A stretch of 64,000 bases of DNA from an uncultured Methanoregulaceae archaeon (GCA_963701095.1 OY969564.1:1888001-1952000); one strand, 5' to 3'; positions 8,541 through 19,494 are shown, counted from the stretch's first letter. A program made the numbers and translations. The notes: generated by a model not told the origin, from the sequence alone.

Positions 8541-9539
8541 TCAGATTGGGACCCCGACGTAGATGTTATTTTTTGTCGCGACAATCCTGACCCGTACCTG
8601 TCCTGAACTTTTGTCACAACCAAAAACAGATATCACCCGGTTTCTTGAGATCCCCAGCATTTCGCCGTGGATCCAGCCCGGAGCCATAATCTCTACGGTT
8701 GCCTTCTCGCCTTTTTTAAATACCTGCGGGAGTGAAGGGCGCCGGATGGTCCCAAAATCCCGTTTAGGATCGAGACGGAGGCAAAGACCAGATGTTTTTT
8801 CCCAGTCTTTTATGCTACGGTTAAAAAACTGCCACCAGCTCTGAACTTTTATTCCGTTAGGTGTCCGCCCGTACTTGTATCGCTCGAACTTCTGGATACC
8901 AAGTGGAGGAAAACGTTTTCCCGCCCCGCATTCCTTTGCAAAATCTATCAGCTTCGGAATCTCTGCATCGTTGATGCCAGGCATGTAGACCGGAGCAATG
9001 AGGAGATCGATGGTACTTTTTGCCACTGCCTGCGCAACTTGGGTTACCTTGTTTATATCATACTCATCCACACCGGCCAATTCCCGTGCAAGCACAGGAT
9101 CCAATGCGTGAAGTGAGAGATTCACCCGGTCCAGGCCTGCTTTTGCAAGTGCCGCGATTTTTGCATCGTCGAGAAGTGTACCATTTGTCTGGAGTGAGAC
9201 AACCGTAACAGAATCGGTGGATTTTAGCGCCGCGACCAGTTCGGGAAGCTGGTGGTACATGAGAGGTTCTCCGGGAGAATCGATGTGACATTCGACTCCC
9301 GGACCTTTAAACGGGGCGATCTCCTCAATTGCAGAGAGAAGATATTTGAGTTCAACCTCGTATGTCGTTGCACGGGTTGTCGAACATGGCCCGGCATCGA
9401 CAGAACAGAACGGGCAGTTTAAGTTGCAGCCACAGCTTGGCCGCACTTGTAGAATGCTTGTACCCCGGTCAATAACGCCAAAATAGAGGGAACCGACGAG
9501 GGGAATACCGGAATCCTCCGTTATGCGGACATGGGTCAT
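8541..9539 (-). CDS. Radical SAM protein with C-terminal TRAM-like domain
   Basis: CNLNCPFC (CxxxCxxC), GEPL, QTNG; short beta-rich C-terminal domain. Confidence 0.85.
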   Translation of the reverse strand: MTHVRITEDSGIPLVGSLYFGVIDRGTSILQVRPSCGCNLNCPFCSVDAGPCSTTRATTYEVELKYLLSAIEEIAPFKGPGVECHIDSPGEPLMYHQLPELVAALKSTDSVTVVSLQTNGTLLDDAKIAALAKAGLDRVNLSLHALDPVLARELAGVDEYDINKVTQVAQAVAKSTIDLLIAPVYMPGINDAEIPKLIDFAKECGAGKRFPPLGIQKFERYKYGRTPNGIKVQSWWQFFNRSIKDWEKTSGLCLRLDPKRDFGTIRRPSLPQVFKKGEKATVEIMAPGWIHGEMLGISRNRVISVFGCDKSSGQVRVRIVATKNNIYVGVPI

Positions 9540-9565
9540 TTTTTATGCCCGCCTGGAACTGTTGA

Positions 9566-9979
9566 CTATGACCTGAATCTGCAACCCTGCCATTTTCCTC
9601 GGAATATCACCGGGCGAGGATCGTCCATCTGCGGAAGAAGATATTCAAATGCATCTTTGTCGACCGGCTTTTTTCCATTCTTCCTGCAGAACTGGGCAAA
9701 AGTGTCGTACATAATGTCCAGGGGGACGGAACCCGAAGGATCGGCCACGAGCATTTTCTGGTGGAACTCCCAGATACCTTCGAATTCCACATCATCATCT
9801 TTAAGAGGCTTGACAATCCCGAAGTTGAGTTCTGCACTAATACTTTTTTCGTCAGCCTGGGCTTTTATCTGCAGAAAATAATCATGCACGGCCGCAAGCC
9901 CTTGCCGGAGCTCGATCAGTTCATGTTCCAGACTCTGGAGCCTTTTTTCCTGTTCCTGAATGATGTCCAGCGGATACAT
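9566..9979 (-). CDS. Hypothetical protein: N-terminal coiled coil plus C-terminal winged-helix resembling D5-primase/RFX DNA-binding domains
   Basis: Heptad-like IIQEQEKRLQSLEHELIELRQGL; C-terminal WEF...VPLDIMYDTFAQFCRKNGKKP...F...KWQGCRFR. Start could be 9994. Confidence 0.6.
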   Translation of the reverse strand: MYPLDIIQEQEKRLQSLEHELIELRQGLAAVHDYFLQIKAQADEKSISAELNFGIVKPLKDDDVEFEGIWEFHQKMLVADPSGSVPLDIMYDTFAQFCRKNGKKPVDKDAFEYLLPQMDDPRPVIFRGKWQGCRFRS

Positions 9980-10053
9980 CGCAGCTGATCTCATCTTTGT
10001 ACTTCCGCGAAGATAAAATGCTTGCATTTCTGGATTTTTCCGGTGGCTGGATG

Positions 10054-12288
10054 TTATTTCTGCTGCATAAGAAGATTACCAGCCCAGACGCATTGACCAA
10101 AAGAGACACAGCCATCCCCCGGGGGATAGTCTTGATTGATAAGAAGGTAAAGACCAGCATCAGTGATTTCCGTACGGATCGTCTCACGGATGGCCCGGTT
10201 AACAACCACGCCCCCGCTCAGGGCTACAAGGCGTGTGTCGTTGCGTTCTGCTGCATGGATGGCCAGTGCAGCAATTCCTCGGGCGAGGTTGTACTGGATT
10301 GATGCTGCAATATCCCTGATGGCGTTTCTGTCCTTGTACTGTGAGCTGTTCAATCGGGAAAAGGCCGTTTTAAGGATGGCCCGGGTGGAGAGCACTTCAC
10401 ACCCTCCGGAGCGGGAGAAGACAAGTTCCCACGTTTCCGGCACGCCACCTGCAGCTGCTGATTCAAGTTTCATTGCTGGTTCTCCATCGTAAGTGCGTTC
10501 CCGACAGATTCCAAGTAAAGCACTTGCTGCATCGAGAACCCGGCCTGTGCTGCTTGTCATCATGACATTGAACCGGCTCGCAACCTGTTTTTTAAGAACC
10601 CCCAGTTCGACAGCGGACCAGCCTCGGTCACCAAAAAGAGTTAGGCAATCGTCTTCCTGAATAATGCCATAGAGCATCCGCTCGGGGAACCTGGTGGCAA
10701 GATCCCCGCCTGGCATCTGTACCTGTTCAAGGTGGCCGACCCGGTCAAGATTAGGGACCTGTCCAGAGAAGATCTCGCCCCCCCATACAGTGCCATCGTC
10801 TCCATATCCTACGCCGTCTATGGCAATACCGATGCAGGGCTTGGTCGTTGTCGCCGCTATATGTGCACGATGGTGCTGAACGGGAACAAGCCCGATCCCC
10901 CGCTCTTCTGCAATCTCTTTTGCAAAGCGAGTGGAGAGAAACTGGGGATGGAGATCGTGAGCGACCAGATCGAACTCTGCCCCCAGAAGTCTCTGTAGTT
11001 TCGCTACGGTTTCCTGGAGATGTGCTAGCGTTGCGGGGTTCCTGACGTTTCCTACGTGGGGGGAGGTAACGGCAAATCCCGCTTTATAGATCGTTGCGTT
11101 CGCATTCAGTTCAGGGCCTACACCAAGAATACAGCTGGGGCCAAGATCTATCGCTGTACGTTTTGGGGCAATTCCTCGGGAAAGACGCAAGATAACAGCG
11201 TCGCGGATTACCGAGTCGTCAACACGATTTTGTATAGTCCGGTTGTGGACAAGGAAATAATCTGCATCTTTTGCAAGTCTTGCGAGAGCTTCTTTGGTGT
11301 CAGTGATCATCGGGTAGCCCGGCATGTTTGCGCTTGTCATGATGAGCAGGGGGTGACACAGGTGTGAGAAAAGGAGATGGTGGAGCCCGGAATAGGGAAG
11401 CATGCACCCGATAGTATGTAGGTTGCTAATAGAGCAATGAGAAGAAGGATCGCATTTTTCAAGCACAACGATGGGATGTACGGGGCTTTCAAGTAACGCT
11501 CTTTCTTTTGGGGAGACACGGGCAATCTCATCAATATATCCCGGGCGTACCATCACGGCAAAGGGTTGCTCCACGCGACCGAGTCGTGTTTTCAGCTCAC
11601 CAGAGGATTCCTCAATGCAGGCTAGGTGGAACCCACCGATTCCCCGGATCGCAAGGATTTTTCCTGCATCAAGCAGTGATGCAGCTGAACGGATCGGGTC
11701 ACCACAGGGGATTTCCCTTCCGGTTCCATCCATAAGCTGAAGCCCGGGTCCACAGGTCAGGCAGGCAATGGTTTGTGCATGGTGACGCCGGGAATGTGGA
11801 TCGCTGTATTCCTCGGCACAGGCAGCACACATCGGGAATTTATCCATGGACGTTCTTTCACGGTCATAGGGAATTGCTTGTATGATACTGTACCGAGGCC
11901 CGCAGTTGACACAGGAAGTGGCCCAGTACCTCTCATATCTCCCGCCAGAAGAAAAAATATCTGAAACACAATCGTCGCAGATCGCGATATCGGGGGGGAT
12001 CATTCCGGAGAACGAGCCTGTCCCGCTCTTTTTTATAACAAAACCATCGGAGATATCAACATCTGTTGTTGTTACATCGACAGAATCGATCCGGGACATT
12101 GGCGGACCCTGCGAGACTGCTGCAAGGAAATCGGCGAACCGCTCACCCCGGGCGTAGATCTCTACTTCGCTTCCGAGATTTTTTACTGAGCCTGCTATTC
12201 CAAACTCACAGGCTTTGGCATAAACAAAAGGGCGGAACCCGACACCCTGAACGATGCCGCGAACCGAAATTCTGCCTTTTGTCTGCAT
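10054..12288 (-). CDS. hypF: Hydrogenase maturation carbamoyltransferase HypF
   Basis: GIVQGVGFRPFVY acylphosphatase motif; CxxC zinc fingers; HDLHP, QHHRAH, TSSTGR, PPGDGCVSFGQ. Confidence 0.96.
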   Translation of the reverse strand: MQTKGRISVRGIVQGVGFRPFVYAKACEFGIAGSVKNLGSEVEIYARGERFADFLAAVSQGPPMSRIDSVDVTTTDVDISDGFVIKKSGTGSFSGMIPPDIAICDDCVSDIFSSGGRYERYWATSCVNCGPRYSIIQAIPYDRERTSMDKFPMCAACAEEYSDPHSRRHHAQTIACLTCGPGLQLMDGTGREIPCGDPIRSAASLLDAGKILAIRGIGGFHLACIEESSGELKTRLGRVEQPFAVMVRPGYIDEIARVSPKERALLESPVHPIVVLEKCDPSSHCSISNLHTIGCMLPYSGLHHLLFSHLCHPLLIMTSANMPGYPMITDTKEALARLAKDADYFLVHNRTIQNRVDDSVIRDAVILRLSRGIAPKRTAIDLGPSCILGVGPELNANATIYKAGFAVTSPHVGNVRNPATLAHLQETVAKLQRLLGAEFDLVAHDLHPQFLSTRFAKEIAEERGIGLVPVQHHRAHIAATTTKPCIGIAIDGVGYGDDGTVWGGEIFSGQVPNLDRVGHLEQVQMPGGDLATRFPERMLYGIIQEDDCLTLFGDRGWSAVELGVLKKQVASRFNVMMTSSTGRVLDAASALLGICRERTYDGEPAMKLESAAAGGVPETWELVFSRSGGCEVLSTRAILKTAFSRLNSSQYKDRNAIRDIAASIQYNLARGIAALAIHAAERNDTRLVALSGGVVVNRAIRETIRTEITDAGLYLLINQDYPPGDGCVSFGQCVWAGNLLMQQK

Positions 12289-12345
12289 GTGTGTGTCGCA
12301 AAAATTTATTGAATTATACCTCCATATATGTATAGGGTTTTTACT

Positions 12346-12858
12346 GTGCCGGGTCACATTCGAATTGTCAACGATCCTGTTGAACTTGTTCCGCTCCTCA
12401 TGACGTTTAATAGTCCTGCGTTCAAGAAGGTGTACGAACTGCTGAGTAAATCGTGGATGACCGAAGAAGAACTCCAGGCGCAGGTAAAAGATGAATCGGT
12501 CCCGCTCTGCCTGCAGGTTTTAAAGAAAGGGAACCTTGTCGAGGAGCAGTGGAGGATGCCAAAACCCGGTGAAAAACCCCTAAAGGAGTTCCGGGGAACA
12601 TATAACAAGTTTCGTGCAAATTTCCAGTGCAACCTGCAGGATCTCTCAGATATTCTCTACATCTCGCTTTCAAACGATGAAAACCTTCGCGAAATTGTCG
12701 GCCAGATAGAAGCGGAAATGGTAAACGGCAATACATCTATCAGCGATCTCTCCCGGAAATTTGGTGTCAGCCCGGTGTTCATCCGGGGTCTTGCAAAGAG
12801 GATACCTCATCTTGACGTAAAGGGACAGGGACTGGTGCTGCTTGATACAGGACGCTAA
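12346..12858 (+). CDS. Methanogen-type ArsR-family winged-helix protein
   Basis: IVNDPVELVPLL, LKKGNLVEEQWRMP motifs; GTG start inferred. Confidence 0.7.
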   Translation: MPGHIRIVNDPVELVPLLMTFNSPAFKKVYELLSKSWMTEEELQAQVKDESVPLCLQVLKKGNLVEEQWRMPKPGEKPLKEFRGTYNKFRANFQCNLQDLSDILYISLSNDENLREIVGQIEAEMVNGNTSISDLSRKFGVSPVFIRGLAKRIPHLDVKGQGLVLLDTGR

Positions 12859-13651
12859 GGATCCCCTCTTTTCAATCCTGCGAAGCAAACGCGAAGTATC
12901 CCGTTTACAGATTCTGGTCGAAATTGCTGAGCACCAGCCTGCGGTGCGCCAGCAGGAGATCGCAACAAAACTCGGTGTTACGCCACAGGCGATTTCTGAA
13001 TACATTCGTGAGCTCACTGAAGAGGGCATGGTTTCGGCGAGCGGTCGCGGCAATTACGAAGTAACCAAAGCCGGTATTGAATGGGTGCTTGCAAATGCTG
13101 AATCGTTGGAAGCCTATGCCCGGCATATCCGGCGCGATATCATCCAGCAGGTCTCTATCTGGACCGCAATAGCCGCTGAAAATCTCAGGGCAGGCGACGA
13201 GGTCGGGGTTTTCATGAAGGGTGGGTTTTTGTTTGCGACAAAAAAATCCCAGCAGGCAACGGGATCAGTCGTTGCTGATGCAAAAAAAGATGAGGATGTA
13301 GGTGTAGCCCGCCTGAACGGCATTATCGAGCACCATGAAGGGAACATCACTATCTGTAAAGTGCCTCGTATTCAGCATGGGGGTTCGCGCCGGGTACAAC
13401 TTGAACAATTAAAGGATCTCGTCCGTCAGGCCGGTATGGTCTCCGCCGTCGGACTTGAGGCATACATCTCCCTTAAGATCGCAGGACACAAACCTGATTT
13501 GTTCTTTGGAGCGCGGGAAGGGGTTATTGAAGCCGCATTCCACGGGATTGATTGCGTGATTGTAATTGTCGACGAGGAGTTTACGGATTTCTTAAAAAGG
13601 CTCGAAGGTGTCGGACTTTCCTATACTATTATCGATCTGATCACTCCATGA
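12842..13651 (+). CDS. Winged-helix (MarR/Crp-like) transcriptional regulator with C-terminal domain
   Basis: QQEIATKLGVTPQAISEYIRELTEEG helix-turn-helix and YEVTKAG wing. Confidence 0.8.
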   Translation: MIQDAKDPLFSILRSKREVSRLQILVEIAEHQPAVRQQEIATKLGVTPQAISEYIRELTEEGMVSASGRGNYEVTKAGIEWVLANAESLEAYARHIRRDIIQQVSIWTAIAAENLRAGDEVGVFMKGGFLFATKKSQQATGSVVADAKKDEDVGVARLNGIIEHHEGNITICKVPRIQHGGSRRVQLEQLKDLVRQAGMVSAVGLEAYISLKIAGHKPDLFFGAREGVIEAAFHGIDCVIVIVDEEFTDFLKRLEGVGLSYTIIDLITP

Positions 13652-15725
13652 AAATCCTTGTTCAGCAGGTCAAAGGCAGTTATAAACTCCTCTTTTACGA
13701 CGGAAAGCATGTCCGTGGTGTTGGTATTACCGAGATGACCGACACCCCAAAAGGGCCCCGGCCCGTCAGGTACCGGCTCCGTTGGGGATCTCACAAAGAA
13801 TACAAGGCAACACCCTCCAAGGATCTTATTGGCCAGCTACGGGAGGGGGAAGTCCGGATGGTCAAACCGGATCCCCTGTTTGAGAAATTCCTTCACGCAT
13901 TCCAGATCCGGACCGGTGCTGTCAGCGCGTGCCGGATTTGTCTTCTCGATGACCGGTACACGCCTCTTACTGACGACAATTTCGTCATCTTTGGAAAAAA
14001 TGAAAAAATCTGTCTTGAATGTGGGCGCCGGGAACTCCGGCGTGAGCTTGCACCTATCGGACATATGAGCCGGGACACGCTCCGGCATTTCGAAGAACTG
14101 CTGGTATCTACCAGAAACCTTGACCGCGTACTTGCGCTTGTCCAGCCCGAAAAACTCTCGATGAAGTCCGCTCTCTTTGACCGGATCGAAGCCCACCCGG
14201 TGCTTGATACGGCAAAGATTAGTGAGCTTCCACTCCCTCACGCCTTTGTCACCGCCTCCCAAGTTGAAGCGCTCATGCCTGCCCAGCAGTTGGCAGTGGA
14301 TGCAGGTCTGCTTTACGGAAAAGATCTCCTCGTGGTTGCGGCTACTGCGAGCGGTAAAACGTTTATCGGTGAGATGGCGGGGATGAAAAATTACCTCGCC
14401 GGCAGGGGCAGGATGCTTTTTTTAGTCCCTCTTGTGGCCCTTGCAAACCAGAAGTATGAACGGTTTACCGAGCGGTATGGTACACTTGCAAAAACTGGGC
14501 TCCTGACTGGTGTCTCGCGCCTCAACCTTCCCGAGACCCGCAAGGTCGGTGACCGGAACCCGATGGCCCCGATCTTAGTAGGGACCTACGAAGGACTTGA
14601 CAACATGATCCGGTGCGGCCAGAAGATGCAGAACATAGCCACGGTAATCATCGACGAGGTCCAGATGCTTGAGGACCCGGAACGGGGCCACCGGCTCGAT
14701 GGCCTTATAGCGCGCCTTAAGTACCTGGCACCTCAGGCACAGTTCCTCTATCTTTCCGCAACTATCGGATTACCAAAGACACTTGCAAAAAAACTCAACT
14801 GCCAGCTCGTCCGGTATGACGACCGGCCAGTCGCGCTCGAACGCTACCTTCTTTTTACAGAGCGCAAGCAGAAGATCCCGACTATAAAGAAACTGACTAC
14901 CGAAGAATATACAAACACGTCCTCAAAAGGGTTCCGTGGCCAGACTATCATCTTTACCAATGCCCGGGCACGGTGCCACACGATTGCTGATGCACTCGGG
15001 ATGCGTGCAGCAGCTTACCACGCTGGTCTCACCTCACAGGAGCGCCGGGAGGTCGAGACTAAATTCCTTGGGGGCAAGCTGATGGCGGTTGTAACGACGG
15101 CAGCGCTCGGAGCCGGCGTTGATTTCCCCGCGTCACAGGTTATATTCGATGCCCTAGCTATGGGCAGGGACTGGCTTTCCGTGCAGGAGTTTAACCAGAT
15201 GGCAGGTCGGGCCGGACGGCCAGACTTTCACGACTTAGGAAAAGTCGTGCTTCTTGCAGAACCCGGGGGAGCTATTCCCGTGAGAACTCGCTTACCGAGG
15301 AGGAAGTGGCGATGCGCCTTCTCAAGGGGGTGATGGAGGAAGTTTCGCCTGTTCACGATCTCGAACAAAGCTCCGAGGAATATGTGGCAAATGCCGTTGC
15401 CTGCGGCGGTGAGGAATCCGATCTTAACCGTACCAACGCCATGATGGTGGGAAGCCTGGAACCGGTGCTCCCGGAGCTTGTGAAACACCGGCTTGTGCAA
15501 AAACAGGGAACGAAAATAGAACTAACTCCGCTTGCACGGGTGATGTCAGAGCATTTTATCGGGATAGAACGATTGCTTGAAATTATACGGCTTGTAGGGG
15601 AGATGGATGAACCCCTTGATATTATAGCGGAATTGGAAAGTGAAGGGATGGAAAAAGAGGAGCTGCAGAAAAAAGAAAAGAGGGGAAAGAATAACTGGAG
15701 CAAAAAAGGGCATGGAAAACGATGA
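13648..15725 (+). CDS. Archaeal SF2 DEAD/DEAH-box helicase; split by a 1-nt deletion in the G-run at 15265-15269
   Basis: ATASGKT, DEVQ, SAT, YHAGL, QMAGRAGR. Adding one G gives EPGGSYSRENSLTEEEVAMRLL, joining the two ORFs. Confidence 0.9.
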
Positions 15726-15785
15726 ATCGGCGGGTCATGTGTGCCAAACTACTGGGGAGACATGACATTGGAATGAAATATCCCG

Positions 15786-16631
15786 TTATTTTGATCCTTC
15801 AGACCGGGCAATACAGATCCAATGGTCGTAGAACGCATCCTTGGGATTTTCCCTAATCTCGACATTCCGGCCAGCTTCGTTGCCCCATTCTTTTATCAGC
15901 AGTGCTTCAGGTTCCGTGCCAACGGTGATAAGTGCCTCGCCCGTCACGGAAAAGAGCCCGGCTGCAATCTGGTGCCACATTTCGGCCGAAAACGAATTGA
16001 TCTCGCCCATCATGATGCCGATACCTTTCACCACCGGCCGGGTGTATGCTTTAACCTGTGCCGCATCAATACACATAGTCTCTTCCGGGAGTAACCGGCC
16101 CTTCTCTATTCCCAGCGTAATAAGTGCCGGGTCGTTATCGAACGAGAGCGGAGTGTACCCGAGCTCACGTAATACGAGAGATCCCACTCCGGATCCGCAC
16201 CCACAGTCAATGCAGGTCTCATGTGACCCCATTCCCCAGACGCTTTCAATCATATCTGCAAGAGTGGTCTTTCGGGCGGGGTTAAGATCTTCCATGGCTG
16301 CCGGTCCTTCTCTGACCAGTTGGAGGGAGAAATATTCCCGGACGGCGGCTTCCCAGACCCCCCTGTCCTCTTGGAAAATTTCGCCGTTGACCTCCTCAAA
16401 CAAATCGATCAAGGCAACGTTTGGGTGCCGGCAGAGAAATGAGCCAGCGATCCAACCGGACTGCTCATGGAAGGCTACCGCTATGGGGTCGTCATTCTCA
16501 TCAACGAGCATACGCGCCTCATCACCGTTATCAATAGCGAGCAGGTCGGTGTAATACGGGTTGGAAAGTGCAGCAAACGACGGCTCGATGAACACAATCT
16601 CGTCTACTTCGAGAATTGTCGCGGCTTTCAC
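15786..16631 (-). CDS. Hypothetical protein with C-terminal class I SAM-methyltransferase-like motif
   Basis: CIDCGCGSGVGS motif I, followed by SFDND. Confidence 0.6.
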   Translation of the reverse strand: MKAATILEVDEIVFIEPSFAALSNPYYTDLLAIDNGDEARMLVDENDDPIAVAFHEQSGWIAGSFLCRHPNVALIDLFEEVNGEIFQEDRGVWEAAVREYFSLQLVREGPAAMEDLNPARKTTLADMIESVWGMGSHETCIDCGCGSGVGSLVLRELGYTPLSFDNDPALITLGIEKGRLLPEETMCIDAAQVKAYTRPVVKGIGIMMGEINSFSAEMWHQIAAGLFSVTGEALITVGTEPEALLIKEWGNEAGRNVEIRENPKDAFYDHWICIARSEGSK

Positions 16632-16636
16632 AGGGT

Positions 16637-17482
16637 CTATTCACCTCGGCCAATATGCATTCCATGTGGGGCCTCGATGATGCCGTCTATTTTGGCATCT
16701 TCGTGGAGGAAGATTTCCTTTGCTATTATATCACCGAGAACGTGGGCGCCTTTTTTAATGTACACCTTACCGTTGCTCTCGACATTTCCGTGAACTGTGA
16801 CACTACCCGCAACGCTGACCGTACCCCGCGATCGCAGGCTGCCGAAAATAACGGTTCCCTCAAGGATATCGATTGAACCAGCCCGGATATTTCCATGAAG
16901 CCGGCATTTCCTTCCTATTTTCATTGACGAGGGAACCGAAAAGACCTTCATGTTAAGTCGTGAACGTGCAGGGATCATAAGCGGTACCTCCACTTTTCCC
17001 TCGTCTTCAGTAAAGAGGTTGTCAAGGATCCGGTCGAGCTCCCGTTCGTTTTCTATCTTGAGCATCGTCATAAGATAGATGAGGATGAAGATAAGCACCG
17101 GCATCGGGTTTCGTACCGCGATCTCGCCGGTCGCTTCAAATCCCTGTCCAATTTCCACATTTTCGCCAATATCGAGCGTTCCGCTCACTACGAGCCTGCC
17201 GGCAATCTTTACACCTTCACCGATATATGCGTCCTGTTTTGCGATGACATCGCTTCCTATCTCGCAGAGATTGCCGATCCGTGCATCACCCTCTGCCCAG
17301 ACGTACTCTCGAATTTTAGTTGACTCGCCTACGTAGACATCAGCCCCCCGTAGACCATAATCGATCTGGCAGAATTCGCCAACCACGATATCCCGGTTGG
17401 TCTTAATGCTGTGTTCCTGAAGTTCCGTTCCATCGGGAAGGAGGCAGTGCCGGTGCCAATTCTTTATCGATTCCCCGCTCAT
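16637..17482 (-). CDS. Beta-helical, bactofilin-like (polymer-forming) protein
   Basis: Repeated [VI]xG-xx-[IV]xGx[IV] strands in two blocks separated by hydrophobic PMPVLIFILIYLMTML. Confidence 0.7.
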   Translation of the reverse strand: MSGESIKNWHRHCLLPDGTELQEHSIKTNRDIVVGEFCQIDYGLRGADVYVGESTKIREYVWAEGDARIGNLCEIGSDVIAKQDAYIGEGVKIAGRLVVSGTLDIGENVEIGQGFEATGEIAVRNPMPVLIFILIYLMTMLKIENERELDRILDNLFTEDEGKVEVPLMIPARSRLNMKVFSVPSSMKIGRKCRLHGNIRAGSIDILEGTVIFGSLRSRGTVSVAGSVTVHGNVESNGKVYIKKGAHVLGDIIAKEIFLHEDAKIDGIIEAPHGMHIGRGE

Positions 17483-17513
17483 CGATCACCCGCAGGTACG
17501 TTGTCCATTTGTA

Positions 17514-18748
17514 TCATGCCCCGTATTTATGCGCCTGATTTATGAGATCGAGCGCGGTAGGCAGGAGTTCTGCCCCCGTGATCCGGCAGAGGCCGCCCCG
17601 CGCGCAGGCGCGTTCTCCGTATTCCTTCACATAGTCTACCCGGACGCCGTCACCGTAGATTATCACCGGCACCGGGTCAGCGCTGTGGTCTTTGATCGAG
17701 CAGGGCGTGGAATGATCGGCACAGACAATGACGATACAATCCCTGATGTCGAGAAGTGGTCCGAGTACAGTATCGATCTTTTCGATGAATGCTTTTTTTT
17801 GTATCGCCAGACCATCATGGCCGGACTCATCGGCTCCCTTGATATTGACGAGCACGAAGTCTTTTCTTTCAAGTTCGGTTATCGCTGCCGTAATTTTTCC
17901 TTTGATATTGCTATTCTGCGACCCGGTAATTCCTGCGACCGGTACCTGGGTCAGACCGACTGCGTTACCGATGCCGGATATCAGGCTTGCCGCTGCTATC
18001 ACGCTCCCAGATAAACCGTATTTTTTGTCGAACGGCTCGAAATTTCCCATTTCGCCGGCCCCCCGCATAAGAATTATATTTGCCGGTCCCAGACCATCCC
18101 TCATTCGCTCGCTGTTTACTGGATGATCAAAAAGGATTTTCCCCGATTGCCGGATGAACTCGTTGCAGACTTCAGCTGTTTTCTTGTCTTGTGCTTGATC
18201 CTTGACCGGAATGATCGTTAGGGGGGCCACGTGATCCTTTTTGGGATCGTTTGAGGAGACGCAGTGGCCGAGCCCTTCCCCTTTGAGTGCAAGGGCAGCC
18301 CTGTGACCGGCCCGGACCGGAACACAAATTCTACGCCAAATTTCAAGAGATCGACCCCGTCCTGGACAGCCTGAGATAAATCTGCGGTATCATGAATCCG
18401 CCCGGCCCGTCTGTCGATAACGAGACCTTCCGGTGACAGTGTTGCATAGTTGCATCGGAAACCAATCATGCCCGGTTCCATGCGGATGCCAGAACCCACG
18501 CATTCAAGAGGGCCACGGCCGGTGTAGTATTTTCGTGGGTCATAGCCAAGAAGCGCGAGATGTGCCGTATCGGAGCCGGGTCTGATGCCGGCTGCGATTG
18601 TGTCCATGATCCCACACACTCCTCCGGCAGCAAGCCGGTCGAGCACCGGGTGGTTTGCAGCTTCAAGAGGGGTCCGGTTACCCAGTTCCGGGCAGGGCCT
18701 GTCTGACAACCCGTCAATGATGAGAAACAAAATCTTGTGGGCAGTCAT
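17514..18748 (-). CDS. apgM: 2,3-bisphosphoglycerate-independent phosphoglycerate mutase (archaeal); frameshift at ~18311-18313
   Basis: IIDGLSDRP, PGSDTAHL, KGADESGHDG, ADHSTP. Adding one G restores FRSGAGHRAAL. Confidence 0.92.
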
Positions 18749-18868
18749 TCTTGAAGATTGTTTGGACTCGGGGATTAATTATGTTTCCCGGTTTTATCGC
18801 GTCAAAATAGGCTGAACATCGGCCAAAACAAGCGGTATCCCTGACCCATGAGGTAAGATGAAAAAATT

Positions 18869-19474
18869 TTACTTTGTTGAGACCGGTGCAGCGACCGGTT
18901 CGACCTTGGACTTTATGATCTCGACCCGGCGGGTGGGGTAGAGGGTCTTTACGACCTTGAAGAGATCGCGTGAGATCTCACCCGAGGTGATCCCGTTAAC
19001 GAGCGTTGTTAAGTCCCATGCTTGTGCCTGTGTCGCGAGACTTGCTGTGATCGCGTTCCTAAGCGCATGTTCCTGGGCGATGTTTGCCCGGGCAAAGGTA
19101 TAGCAGCTGATCGTGAGACGGACTTTCTTGTTGTCTTTGGTGATGATCTGCACATGACAGTCCACACGCGAGCTGCGCCGCTTGACCAGGGATCGCAGGT
19201 AGTCACGGGTCACTTCGTGGCCGACAAACTCGGTATACGCCGCGTCGCCGGTAACATCGGCGATCTTAAAACTCATCTTGATGTGCTGTTTGGCGTAATC
19301 GTTGGTGATCTCGCCAAGGGTCGACTGCATAATCCTGCCCCGAACCGTCTCCACATCGTTTGCAATGGTGTCACCGATATACGCCTTGCCGAGATTGTCG
19401 GGGGTGTATACCTTGAACCAGCTCTTGGCTTTCCAGCCTTCAACTCTTCTTCCAACCTGTTTTTTCTTTGCCAT
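18869..19474 (-). CDS. rps3ae: 30S ribosomal protein S3Ae (eS1)
   Basis: WKAKSWFKV, TRDYLRSLVKRRSSRVD, YPTRRVEIIKS. Confidence 0.96.
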   Translation of the reverse strand: MAKKKQVGRRVEGWKAKSWFKVYTPDNLGKAYIGDTIANDVETVRGRIMQSTLGEITNDYAKQHIKMSFKIADVTGDAAYTEFVGHEVTRDYLRSLVKRRSSRVDCHVQIITKDNKKVRLTISCYTFARANIAQEHALRNAITASLATQAQAWDLTTLVNGITSGEISRDLFKVVKTLYPTRRVEIIKSKVEPVAAPVSTK

Positions 19475-19494
19475 GGTATCAACTCTGGATTTTT

